Shown one piece after another: positions 33,696 to 40,574 of a stretch of DNA of 40,574 nt. The stretch is taken from positions 1 through 40,574 of the forward strand of contig DATBDI010000456.1 of the NCBI GenBank assembly GCA_036270025.1, given 5' to 3'. The stretch's first letter is position 1; the number at the start of each line of letters is the position of its first letter. Source of the stretch: Candidatus Udaeobacter sp. GTDB taxonomy: Bacteria; Verrucomicrobiota; Verrucomicrobiia; Chthoniobacterales; UBA10450. Made by a program: the position numbers and the translations under genes. The notes under the pieces were generated by a model. That model ran no database searches, was not told the DNA's origin, and saw only the letters and a program-made list of their open reading frames with translations.

Positions 33696-34211
33696 TTACG
33701 ATTGCTCAGCTTTCATGAAGCTGATGTCACCGCTGCGTTCGATGCGCGCGAATTTGATTTGCGAGAGGTCCTCGGTTTTGGCTTCGAGTCGCATGTCTTC
33801 CTCGAGATCGTGCTGGGAAATCTGGTTCCAGCGCATTGTTTTGTGCTGGATCCTGCCGTTCACGACAAGCACCGCCGGCTTTCCTTTAACAAGGATTCCA
33901 AAGCTGTGTGAGTAGTAAGCCGCCAGCCCGAAGAGCCGGTGCAGCAATACCAGAACGAATCCGCCACCGAGCGTTGCAAAGAACGGTCCAGAACCGTTAA
34001 TTGCGCGTGCCAGCATTGAACCAAGGATAACAATCAGAACGGCGTCGAAGGCCGTCTTCTCCGCAAGAGAACGCTTGCTGGTAAGTCGCACAATGACAAT
34101 CGTCACGACGAAGACAAGTATCCCGCGGATTGAAACCTGCAGGAATGTCAGCTGTTTTGGCTCGATGCCGATGCCAAGTAACGTTTGAAGTAATTGTGAA
34201 AACGTGTTCAT
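33696..34211 (-). CDS. DUF421 (YetF-like) membrane protein
   Basis: N-terminal TM helices (FLQVSIRGILVFVVTIVIVRL, AVLIVILGSMLA) and a C-terminal soluble domain ending ARIERSGDISF, recognised as the DUF421 pattern. Confidence 0.65.
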   Translation of the reverse strand: MNTFSQLLQTLLGIGIEPKQLTFLQVSIRGILVFVVTIVIVRLTSKRSLAEKTAFDAVLIVILGSMLARAINGSGPFFATLGGGFVLVLLHRLFGLAAYYSHSFGILVKGKPAVLVVNGRIQHKTMRWNQISQHDLEEDMRLEAKTEDLSQIKFARIERSGDISFMKAEQS

Positions 34212-34333
34212 AGCTCAACCTTCCATTACCGGAGAAAACTTCCAGACGCGCTCATATCAAGGCAGGCAAGCAGACTTAAATCCAACTGGCGCGCGAAACG
34301 CGTTCTTATGATGAACCTAGACGGAGGTCATCG

Positions 34334-34564
34334 ATGGCAAGAGGAAGCAAAGAGAAATACACATCCAAGCAGAAAAGGAAGGCATCGAAGATTGAGAGAG
34401 GTTACAAAAAGCGTGGCGTCAGCAGTAAGGAAGCCGAGCGCCGGGCGTGGGCGACGGTAAACAAGTCAGATAAAGGTGGAAGAAAAAAAGGCGGCGGAGG
34501 CCGCGGGAAAAAACGCAGCACATCAAGTTCTCGTAAAGGCGGAAGAAAAGGCGGCCGGAAATAA
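34334..34564 (+). CDS. Small basic stress-associated protein (family often annotated 'plasmid stabilization protein')
   Basis: KYTSKQKRKASKIERGYKKRGVSSKEAERRAWATVNK followed by a Gly/Lys/Arg tail. GGAGG RBS. Confidence 0.65.
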   Translation: MARGSKEKYTSKQKRKASKIERGYKKRGVSSKEAERRAWATVNKSDKGGRKKGGGGRGKKRSTSSSRKGGRKGGRK

Positions 34565-34633
34565 GGCTCGCAGGCGCCCTACAACGCGAACATTGCGCCA
34601 ACAGCCCATGGAAGTGCTGGCTAAGCGAACTTA

Positions 34634-34657
34634 ACCCGATCTTTATTTTGATCGGGT
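34634..34657 (+). terminator. Candidate intrinsic terminator hairpin for the 34334..34564 gene
   Basis: ACCCGATC-tttatttt-GATCGGGT (8-bp stem) followed by the T-rich ccgtttcttttggg. It overlaps the 3' end of the convergent minus-strand ORF. Confidence 0.35.
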
Positions 34658-34843
34658 CCGTTTCTTTTGGGCAGCTTTGGCCGCTTGTTTGCCGAGAGCC
34701 GTGCGTGTCTTTTTCGGCAGATGCGCAATCGTTCTCTTTCGTCGTGCAGCTGTAGCCGCTTTTTTGATGTTCCGCTTCGCAGCGGCTCGTTGCTTTTGAG
34801 TTGTCATATGTCTTAAGGAAACCTTGAGCTGGGGGTTAGCCAT
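34643..34843 (-). CDS. Small highly basic hypothetical protein (66 aa; alternative start ATG 34807)
   Basis: QKQRAAAKRNIKKAATAARRKRTIAHLPKKTRTALGKQAAKAAQKKR. The ATG overlaps the SDR stop (AATGGCTAA). Confidence 0.5.
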   Translation of the reverse strand: MANPQLKVSLRHMTTQKQRAAAKRNIKKAATAARRKRTIAHLPKKTRTALGKQAAKAAQKKRTRSK

Positions 34844-35696
34844 TTACTATGGTGCCGCCGTTTGGATGGAACACCTGGCCTGTCATGTAAGAAGAATCGT
34901 CGGATGCGAGAAACACGTAGCTGGGAGCGACTTCTTCAGGCTGCCCCGCGCGACCTAGTGGAACGTCAGAGCCAAATGTCTCGACCGCTTCCGGTGGAAA
35001 GGTCGATGGAATCAACGGCGTCCAGATCGGTCCCGGCGCGACACCATTCACGCGAATGCACTTCTCAGCCAGCGCCTGCGAGAGCGAGCGTGTAAACGCT
35101 ACGATGGCACCTTTAGTCGAAGAGTAGTCGAGCAAATGGTCACTCCCTTTGTACGCCGTGACTGAAGTCGTGTTGATGATTGCAGCGCCTTTCTTCAAAT
35201 GTTTCATAGCTGCTTTCACCATGAAAAACATCGAGAAGATGTTTGTCCGAAAGGTTCGTTCCAATTGCTTCTCACTGATTTTCTCAATTGAATCCTGCGG
35301 ATGTTGTTCGGCCGCATTGTTGATGAGAATGTCGAGCTTCCCGAACTCCTTGACCGTTCGTTTCACCGCTCTTCGGCAAAAGTCTTCCTCTCCGACGTCG
35401 CCTTCAATCAACAGACATTTCTTTCCTTGTTCCTCCACCAAACGCCTGGTTTCGTCAGCGTCCTTTTCTTCTTCGAGATAAACGACTGCTACATCAGCGC
35501 CTTCTTTTGCAAAGGCGATCGCGACTGCGCGACCAATCCCACTGTCGCCCCCGGTAATGAGCGCGATCTTGTGTTGCAACTTCCCGCTGCCGCGTTGTTT
35601 TTCATCGTCGGCTCGCGGCCGCGGCTTCATTTTATGTTCACGGCCAGGCTGGCGTTGCTGATGCTGCGCCGGCTGAAGCTTCTTTCCTTTGGGCAT
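34836..35696 (-). CDS. SDR-family oxidoreductase, YghA/YdaD (general stress protein 39)-like
   Basis: KIALITGGDSGIGRAVAIAFAKEGADV (TGxxxGIG), NNAA, and an N-terminal QPGREHKMKPRP extension like that of E. coli YghA. Confidence 0.85.
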   Translation of the reverse strand: MPKGKKLQPAQHQQRQPGREHKMKPRPRADDEKQRGSGKLQHKIALITGGDSGIGRAVAIAFAKEGADVAVVYLEEEKDADETRRLVEEQGKKCLLIEGDVGEEDFCRRAVKRTVKEFGKLDILINNAAEQHPQDSIEKISEKQLERTFRTNIFSMFFMVKAAMKHLKKGAAIINTTSVTAYKGSDHLLDYSSTKGAIVAFTRSLSQALAEKCIRVNGVAPGPIWTPLIPSTFPPEAVETFGSDVPLGRAGQPEEVAPSYVFLASDDSSYMTGQVFHPNGGTIVNG

Positions 35697-35731
35697 AAAA
35701 GTTCCGTGGGCCGGCGGCCGTCGCTATACAA

Positions 35732-36175
35732 TCAGCGGCGCCTTCGGGTACGCGCTGCTTTCTTTGCGGCAGCGGAGCGCGATCGCGCAGAGCGTTGCCT
35801 TGCCACGCGCTTCGAGTGGCGCGACAAGGCCGACCGTGAGGCTGATCGACGGCTCTCGCGTTTGAGGGCGCGTTTGGTTGCGCGTGAGCGTTTGGCTGAC
35901 GGCTTCTTGCGGCGGGCGGCCCGGTCTTTTGCGAGATCTCGCCGGGCCTGACGTTTCGTTCGTGCTTTGCCGCGCTTCGGAGGCGGCAACTTTACTCCCG
36001 CCCGCCGCGCCTTCGACAGGCCAATAGCGATGGCCTGCTCTGGCGAACGCGCGCCGTGTTCGCCTTCTCGAATATGTTCCATTTCTTCCCGTACAAACTC
36101 GCCCGCCTGCGTGCCGGGCGATTTGCCCTCTCGCGCATCCTCGCGCGCGCGTTCGATGATGTCCTCTTCTGCCAT
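35732..36175 (-). CDS. DUF6496-like small protein with a basic C-terminal tail
   Basis: GKSPGTQAGEFVREEMEHIREGEHGARSPEQAIAIGLSKARRAGVKLP. Confidence 0.65.
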   Translation of the reverse strand: MAEEDIIERAREDAREGKSPGTQAGEFVREEMEHIREGEHGARSPEQAIAIGLSKARRAGVKLPPPKRGKARTKRQARRDLAKDRAARRKKPSAKRSRATKRALKRESRRSASRSALSRHSKRVARQRSARSRSAAAKKAARTRRRR

Positions 36176-36296
36176 AACAAAGATGTTTCGCCGCTAACCA
36201 GAGGTTTGGACGTGAAGAATCCGCCCGACGCCTTCACCATCGCAAGCATGACAAAAAGGTTGCCATTTCGGGCCAGACCAAATTATTCTCCCGGCC

Positions 36297-36449
36297 ATGC
36301 GCACAATCCTTCTCCTGATCCTGCTGCTTCTGCTACTCGGCGCACTGCCAACCTGGCCCTATAGCTCAGGCTGGGGTTACTACCCGAGCGGAGGCTTGGG
36401 GCTGATTCTTGTGATCGTGCTGATCTTGTGGCTGTTAGGACGCCTTTAA
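36297..36449 (+). CDS. DUF3309-family small membrane protein (50 aa), not in the ORF track
   Basis: Hand translation gives MRTILLLILLLLLLGALPTWPYSSGWGYYPSGGLGLILVIVLILWLLGRL*, the characteristic DUF3309 pattern. Confidence 0.75.
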   Translation: MRTILLLILLLLLLGALPTWPYSSGWGYYPSGGLGLILVIVLILWLLGRL

Positions 36450-36478
36450 TCACGAAGAGCCGACGCAGTTCAAACCGA

Positions 36479-36925
36479 TCACGTACCTTTGGTGGCGTCA
36501 CGCAGACTCTTTACGCGGTCGTGCGCCTGTTTCACCTGCGCATACTGACGCGACACAATCTGCTGCACAGGAGCAGATAGACCGTTGTCCAGCGCTTTCT
36601 TGTACTGTTCCACCGCAGAATCTTCGCCGCGCTCGCATTCAGCAAGGATCGCGTGGTCATCACCGCGGGTAAGAGCGGATTTCAAGTTGATCCATCCGCG
36701 GTGCAATGCGCCCGCCGCGCTGCCGCTGGGTTTGGACTCCCGTTCTTCCAAGCTTTGCGCTTGGCTGCGTAGTTCGCTCACAAAGCGCGCCCGCTGCCGC
36801 GAGTATTCGTCAAAGACCGATTTCAATTGCGGGTCTTTGACGCTTTCAGCCGCTTGTTTGAAACCCTCCTGACCGTCTTTCAGCGTTTCGATCAAGTTAT
36901 CGATAATTTTTTCTTGCTCTTTCAT
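36479..36925 (-). CDS. PA2169-family four-helix-bundle (DUF2383, ferritin-like) protein
   Basis: IIDNLIETLKDGQEGFKQAAESVKDPQLKSVFDEYSRQRARFVSEL...ILAECERGEDSAVEQYKKAL. Confidence 0.8.
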   Translation of the reverse strand: MKEQEKIIDNLIETLKDGQEGFKQAAESVKDPQLKSVFDEYSRQRARFVSELRSQAQSLEERESKPSGSAAGALHRGWINLKSALTRGDDHAILAECERGEDSAVEQYKKALDNGLSAPVQQIVSRQYAQVKQAHDRVKSLRDATKGT

Positions 36926-37026
36926 ACAAACTTAGTCGCATCCCGCGCGCTGTGCGCGTGTCTCTTTCATCCCTCTGACAATTGTCCTTTCAGCAGAACG
37001 AGCCTTTATGCACGGCTAAAGTGCAT

Positions 37027-38556
37027 ATGCGCATCGAACAATGGAAGATGAGGAATATTCCTTTTTGGATCGACAGCACACCTATTCGGAGGTTCCCGAA
37101 ACTACAGAAGAACATTAATGTCGACGTTGTTGTCATCGGAGCCGGTGTTACTGGTATCACAACTGCCTGTCTCCTGAAAAAGGCGGGAGTGACAGTCGCG
37201 CTAATCGAGCGCGAGCGTGTGGCCTCAATCGACACCGGCCATACAACCGCTCACCTCACTTATATCACCGACGTCGAGCTGCAGGAATTGGTTCGTAATT
37301 TTGGTGAGGATCACGCGCAAGCTGCGTGGGACGCGGGCGCAGCCGCGATCAATGAGATCGAGAGTATTGTGAGCGAGGAGCGGATCGACTGCGAGTTCGG
37401 CCGCGTTCCGGCTTATTTGCACGTATGTGCGGAAGGCTTTTCCAAAAGGGAGGTGTCAACACTCAGAAAAGAAGCTGATGTCGCTGCGAAGCTCGGATTC
37501 GACGCCGTTTACCTGGAATCGATCCCGTACTTCAATTTGCCAGGCGTGCGTTTTGCCAACCAGGCCAAGTTCCATCCGCGGAAATACCTTCGAGCTTTGG
37601 TTGAAAAGATTCCGGGCGACGGTTCACATGTTTTCGAGAAGAGCGCGGCGACTGAGTTCGATGCGAAGAAGTGCCGCGTCAAGGTGAACCGCAACTGGAT
37701 CAATTTCGATCGCGTGGTAATGGCAACGAACAATCCACTTGTTGGCCTCGCCAGCATCATCAGCGCCACACTTTTCCAGACCAAACTGTCTCTCTATACC
37801 AGCTACGCGTTTGGCGCTCGAGTCCCCTCTGACACGGTGCCGGAAGCACTTTTCTGGGATATGCGGGATCCTTACGATTATCTGCGAGTCGATCGACATC
37901 GCGGCTTCGATTACATCGTGTACGGTGGTGAAGATCACAAGACCGGACAAAAGAAAGCGACCACAAAGGCTTATGCCCGGTTGCTGGCGCGGCTGAAAAA
38001 GATCATTCCGAAGGCGAATATTGATCATCGCTGGTCGGGACAGGTTATTTGTACGCCGGACGGCTTGCCTTACATCGGGGAGAATGCCGAGCACCAGTTT
38101 GTAGCTACCGGTTATTGCGGCAACGGCATCACATTCGGAACAGTAGCGGCAACAATGGCGCGCGACTGGGCTTCAGGGCGAAAGAATCCATGGACTGATC
38201 TCTTTGCCGTGGACCGGAAAAAAATCAAAGGCGGGACGTGGAATTATATCAGGGAAAACAAGGATTATCCCTACTACATGATCAAAGATCGGATCGCTCG
38301 TCCGGAAGCTGATTCCGTTAGCAAGCTAAAACGTGGCCATGGCCTGATTGTTGGTTCGCGCGGGAAAAAAGTTGCTGCGTTCCGTGACCGCAATGGAAAG
38401 ATCCATCGGCTCTCGCCCGTGTGCACGCACCTTGGCTGTCTTGTCAGGTGGAACTCTGCTGAATCGACATGGGATTGCCCTTGTCACGGCTCATGTTTCA
38501 AACCTACCGGTGAAGTGATCGCCGGTCCCGCCGAAGAACCGCTGCCTCCCATTTGA
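37027..38556 (+). CDS. FAD-dependent oxidoreductase fused to a C-terminal Rieske [2Fe-2S] domain
   Basis: VDVVVIGAGVTGITTACLLKKAGVTVALIE (GxGxxG) and CTHLGCLVRW...WDCPCHGSCF (CxH...CxxH). Start uncertain (TTG 36982, ATG 37027 or ATG 37048). Confidence 0.85.
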   Translation: MRIEQWKMRNIPFWIDSTPIRRFPKLQKNINVDVVVIGAGVTGITTACLLKKAGVTVALIERERVASIDTGHTTAHLTYITDVELQELVRNFGEDHAQAAWDAGAAAINEIESIVSEERIDCEFGRVPAYLHVCAEGFSKREVSTLRKEADVAAKLGFDAVYLESIPYFNLPGVRFANQAKFHPRKYLRALVEKIPGDGSHVFEKSAATEFDAKKCRVKVNRNWINFDRVVMATNNPLVGLASIISATLFQTKLSLYTSYAFGARVPSDTVPEALFWDMRDPYDYLRVDRHRGFDYIVYGGEDHKTGQKKATTKAYARLLARLKKIIPKANIDHRWSGQVICTPDGLPYIGENAEHQFVATGYCGNGITFGTVAATMARDWASGRKNPWTDLFAVDRKKIKGGTWNYIRENKDYPYYMIKDRIARPEADSVSKLKRGHGLIVGSRGKKVAAFRDRNGKIHRLSPVCTHLGCLVRWNSAESTWDCPCHGSCFKPTGEVIAGPAEEPLPPI

Positions 38557-38579
38557 ATTCTGCGCATGACATTTACCCA

Positions 38580-39059
38580 ATGAAAGAATTGGACTCATAT
38601 TTAAACGATCATCTTGCCGGATCCGTGGGCGCGCTGGAGGTTACTGCCCACTGGGAGCATGCCCACAAAGGCGCGCCACTTGGCGGTTTCTTTGGGCAAA
38701 TCGAAGCGGAGATCAAAGCCGATCAAGATAGATTGCGCGATGTCATGTGCTCTCTCGGCGTGGGAGAAAGCAAGGTGCGGAAAGCAGGCGCATGGGCGGC
38801 GGAAAAGGTTGGTCGGGCGCGATTAATGATTGCGGGCGATGAGCCGGATGGTCTGGGATTGGTGCTCACATTAGAAGGCTTAATAATGGGAGTGCACGGC
38901 AAAGAACTCTTGTGGCGTGCGTTGGCGACACTGAACCTGCCACAGCTCAAAGACTTTGATTTCGGAGAGCTACAAAACCGCGCGCAACAACAAATGCAGC
39001 GAATGGACGCTGAAAGACTGCGCGCAGCGCAGCGCGTGTTTATGAACGCTCCTCGTTAG
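38580..39059 (+). CDS. Hypothetical protein (about 159 aa)
   Basis: Track ORF 38553..39059. ATG 38580 (MKELDSYLNDHLAGS...) preferred over the TTG that overlaps the upstream stop. No family recognised. Confidence 0.55.
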   Translation: MKELDSYLNDHLAGSVGALEVTAHWEHAHKGAPLGGFFGQIEAEIKADQDRLRDVMCSLGVGESKVRKAGAWAAEKVGRARLMIAGDEPDGLGLVLTLEGLIMGVHGKELLWRALATLNLPQLKDFDFGELQNRAQQQMQRMDAERLRAAQRVFMNAPR

Positions 39060-39065
39060 CGTTGA

Positions 39066-40157
39066 ATGTTTCAAATGGGGCAGCCTGCAACAAAGGCCGG
39101 GGAAAAGAAATCGATCGAAGGCGCGCCTGAGGAGCACGTCGCGGCGGCAGAGGAAGCGGGTCTGCGCTACGTCAACGATGACTCCCCTGGGTATGCCCGG
39201 AAGCCCAATGGCGACAACTTCGAGTACTCCGATGCTGATGGAAAACCAATTCGCGACGAGCAGCGCCTGCTGCGAATCAAACGTCTGGCTATTCCACCGG
39301 CATGGACGGACGTGTGGATTTGTCCCTCGCCAAACGGTCACATTCAGGCCACGGGTCGCGACGCGCGCCGGCGAAAGCAATATCGATATCATGAGCGTTG
39401 GCGCGAAGTACGCGACGAAAACAAGTTCGGGCGTGTTGCCGCCTTTGCGACGGCTCTGCCAAAAATTCGCCGTCGAGTGACTCAGGACGTGAAACTGCCT
39501 GGTCTGCCAAGAGAAAAAGTTCTGGCCACGGTTGTTCGGTTACTGGAACGAACTTTCATCCGCATCGGCAACGAGGAATATGCGCGTGAGAATAAATCGT
39601 TTGGCTTAACCACAATGAAAAACCGGCATGTGAAAGTGAAAGGGACGCAGTTGCGTTTTCGCTTTCGCGGGAAGAGCGGACGCCAGCACGAAGTACAAGT
39701 CAGCGACTCACGGATAGCGAAAATTGTTGCAAAGTGCCAGGACCTGCCGGGCCAGGACTTGTTTCAGTACGTTAGCGATGAGGGCGAGGTGCGAGACGTC
39801 ACATCGCAGGACGTGAATGATTATTTGCGCGAAATAACGAGCGAAGATTTCACGGCAAAAGATTTCCGGACGTGGGCCGGAACGGTACTGGCAGCAGTTG
39901 CACTAAACGAGCAAGGGACGTTCGAAACGAAGAAGCAGGCGAAGGCGAATATCAAAACCGCCATTTGCGCCGTGGCAGAGCTTCTCGGCAATACGCCGGC
40001 CATTTGCCGAAAATGCTACGTCCATCCGGCAATTCTCGAGGCTTACCAGATTCGAAACCAAATTGCCGGACTGAATGGTGCCGGCGCAAGAAGTGGCAAT
40101 GTCGATCTGCCAAGAGCCGAGCGCGCCGTTCTGAAATTTCTCAGCACGCGACAGTGA
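39066..40157 (+). CDS. DNA topoisomerase IB (bacterial poxvirus-like type)
   Basis: GLRYVNDDSPGYARK, IKRLAIPPAWTDVWICPSPNGHIQATGRDARRRKQYRYHERW, FRFRGKSG, FRTWAGT, and the catalytic-Tyr context ICRKCYVHPAI. Confidence 0.9.
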   Translation: MFQMGQPATKAGEKKSIEGAPEEHVAAAEEAGLRYVNDDSPGYARKPNGDNFEYSDADGKPIRDEQRLLRIKRLAIPPAWTDVWICPSPNGHIQATGRDARRRKQYRYHERWREVRDENKFGRVAAFATALPKIRRRVTQDVKLPGLPREKVLATVVRLLERTFIRIGNEEYARENKSFGLTTMKNRHVKVKGTQLRFRFRGKSGRQHEVQVSDSRIAKIVAKCQDLPGQDLFQYVSDEGEVRDVTSQDVNDYLREITSEDFTAKDFRTWAGTVLAAVALNEQGTFETKKQAKANIKTAICAVAELLGNTPAICRKCYVHPAILEAYQIRNQIAGLNGAGARSGNVDLPRAERAVLKFLSTRQ

Positions 40158-40233
40158 GTAGGATGGAACCCAATCCTCAAGCGTTACCAACTCATGAGCT
40201 CGATTAGCCCGCGCGCGTCGACGTTCCCAGTGC

Positions 40234-40574
40234 TTAACGCTGCAAGAGCGCGAGCGATTTGCCTTCGCGATGCTCGACCTGATCCATCGTGCACTGGCGC
40301 GGGTCTTTATCCGAACGCCAGCGCAAAATTTTTGTGCCATGTCGGAACCGGCCACCGGTAAAATGATCGTAGGCAACTTCCACGACAACCTTCGGAGCCA
40401 CTGCCTCCCATTCGCCGGTGCGATCGGTGCTCCAACGGCTCGGGCCGCCAGGCGCGTTGCCAGTGAATCCTGGTGGTTTTCTTAGCGCTTCGAATTTTTT
40501 CGTCAGCTCGCGGCGTTGTTCTCTCGTGAAAGCGGACGTGAATCCGACGTGATGAAGTAACCCGTCGTCTCCAT
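40234..40574 (-). CDS. ATP-dependent DNA ligase, C-terminal (OB-fold) part; the gene starts beyond the right edge
   Basis: Hand translation of the minus strand gives GDDGLLHHVGFTSAFTREQRRELTKKFEALRKPPGFTGNAPGGPSRWSTDRTGEWEAVAPKVVVEVAYDHFTGGRFRHGTKILRWRSDKDPRQCTMDQV...*, with TAA at 40234-40236. Confidence 0.75.
   Translation of the reverse strand, partial: GDDGLLHHVGFTSAFTREQRRELTKKFEALRKPPGFTGNAPGGPSRWSTDRTGEWEAVAPKVVVEVAYDHFTGGRFRHGTKILRWRSDKDPRQCTMDQVEHREGKSLALLQR

Noticed and set aside
39903-40388. 161-aa minus-strand ORF, and the plus-strand ORF at 40270..40485
   Set aside because: They overlap the well-supported TopIB 3' end and the ligase reading frame. The ligase frame gives a clean OB-fold sequence and these do not.
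1-40574. CRISPR arrays, tRNA/rRNA genes, and IS elements or integrases
   Set aside because: No regularly spaced direct repeats, no cloverleaf-like or rRNA-like segments, and no transposase or recombinase motifs were noticed in any frame of the ORF track. This was judged by eye only, without a covariance-model scan.

Overview
About 31 kb of this window (bases 1 to ~31,550, all on the minus strand) is one phage-tail-like extracellular contractile injection system (eCIS; Afp/PVC-like) operon. In transcription order it encodes a small ORF, sheath, tube, two uncharacterised proteins, a DUF4255 terminator-like protein and an AAA+ ATPase. Two small ORFs follow, then three DUF4157-type cargo genes, a hypothetical gene and a tube-initiator-like protein. 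Next come a LysM/gpX-like protein, a gpD-like hub, a gpV/VgrG-like spike, PAAR-like and gp25-like proteins, and two baseplate-J-like giants. A gpI-like beta-helix protein and a DUF6519-like protein complete the particle genes. A second cargo island follows: an astacin-like metalloprotease and two more DUF4157 genes, the last truncated by the window edge. I saw no capsid, terminase, integrase, lysis or T6SS membrane-complex genes. Upstream of the operon lie a good sigma-54 -24/-12 promoter, two GACAA-N2-TTGTC palindromes and an adjacent sigma-54 enhancer-binding protein with a degenerate receiver domain. The right flank (33.7-40.6 kb) is ordinary chromosome. It carries stress-associated small proteins, an SDR, DUF3309, a PA2169-type protein, an FAD/Rieske oxidoreductase, topoisomerase IB and the 3' end of an ATP-dependent DNA ligase. 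The most interesting points are the five modular DUF4157 cargo genes in two islands, including one that lacks the HExxH half and is fused to a Cys-rich domain, and the apparent sigma-54 control. All family assignments come from motif recognition by eye, not from searches.
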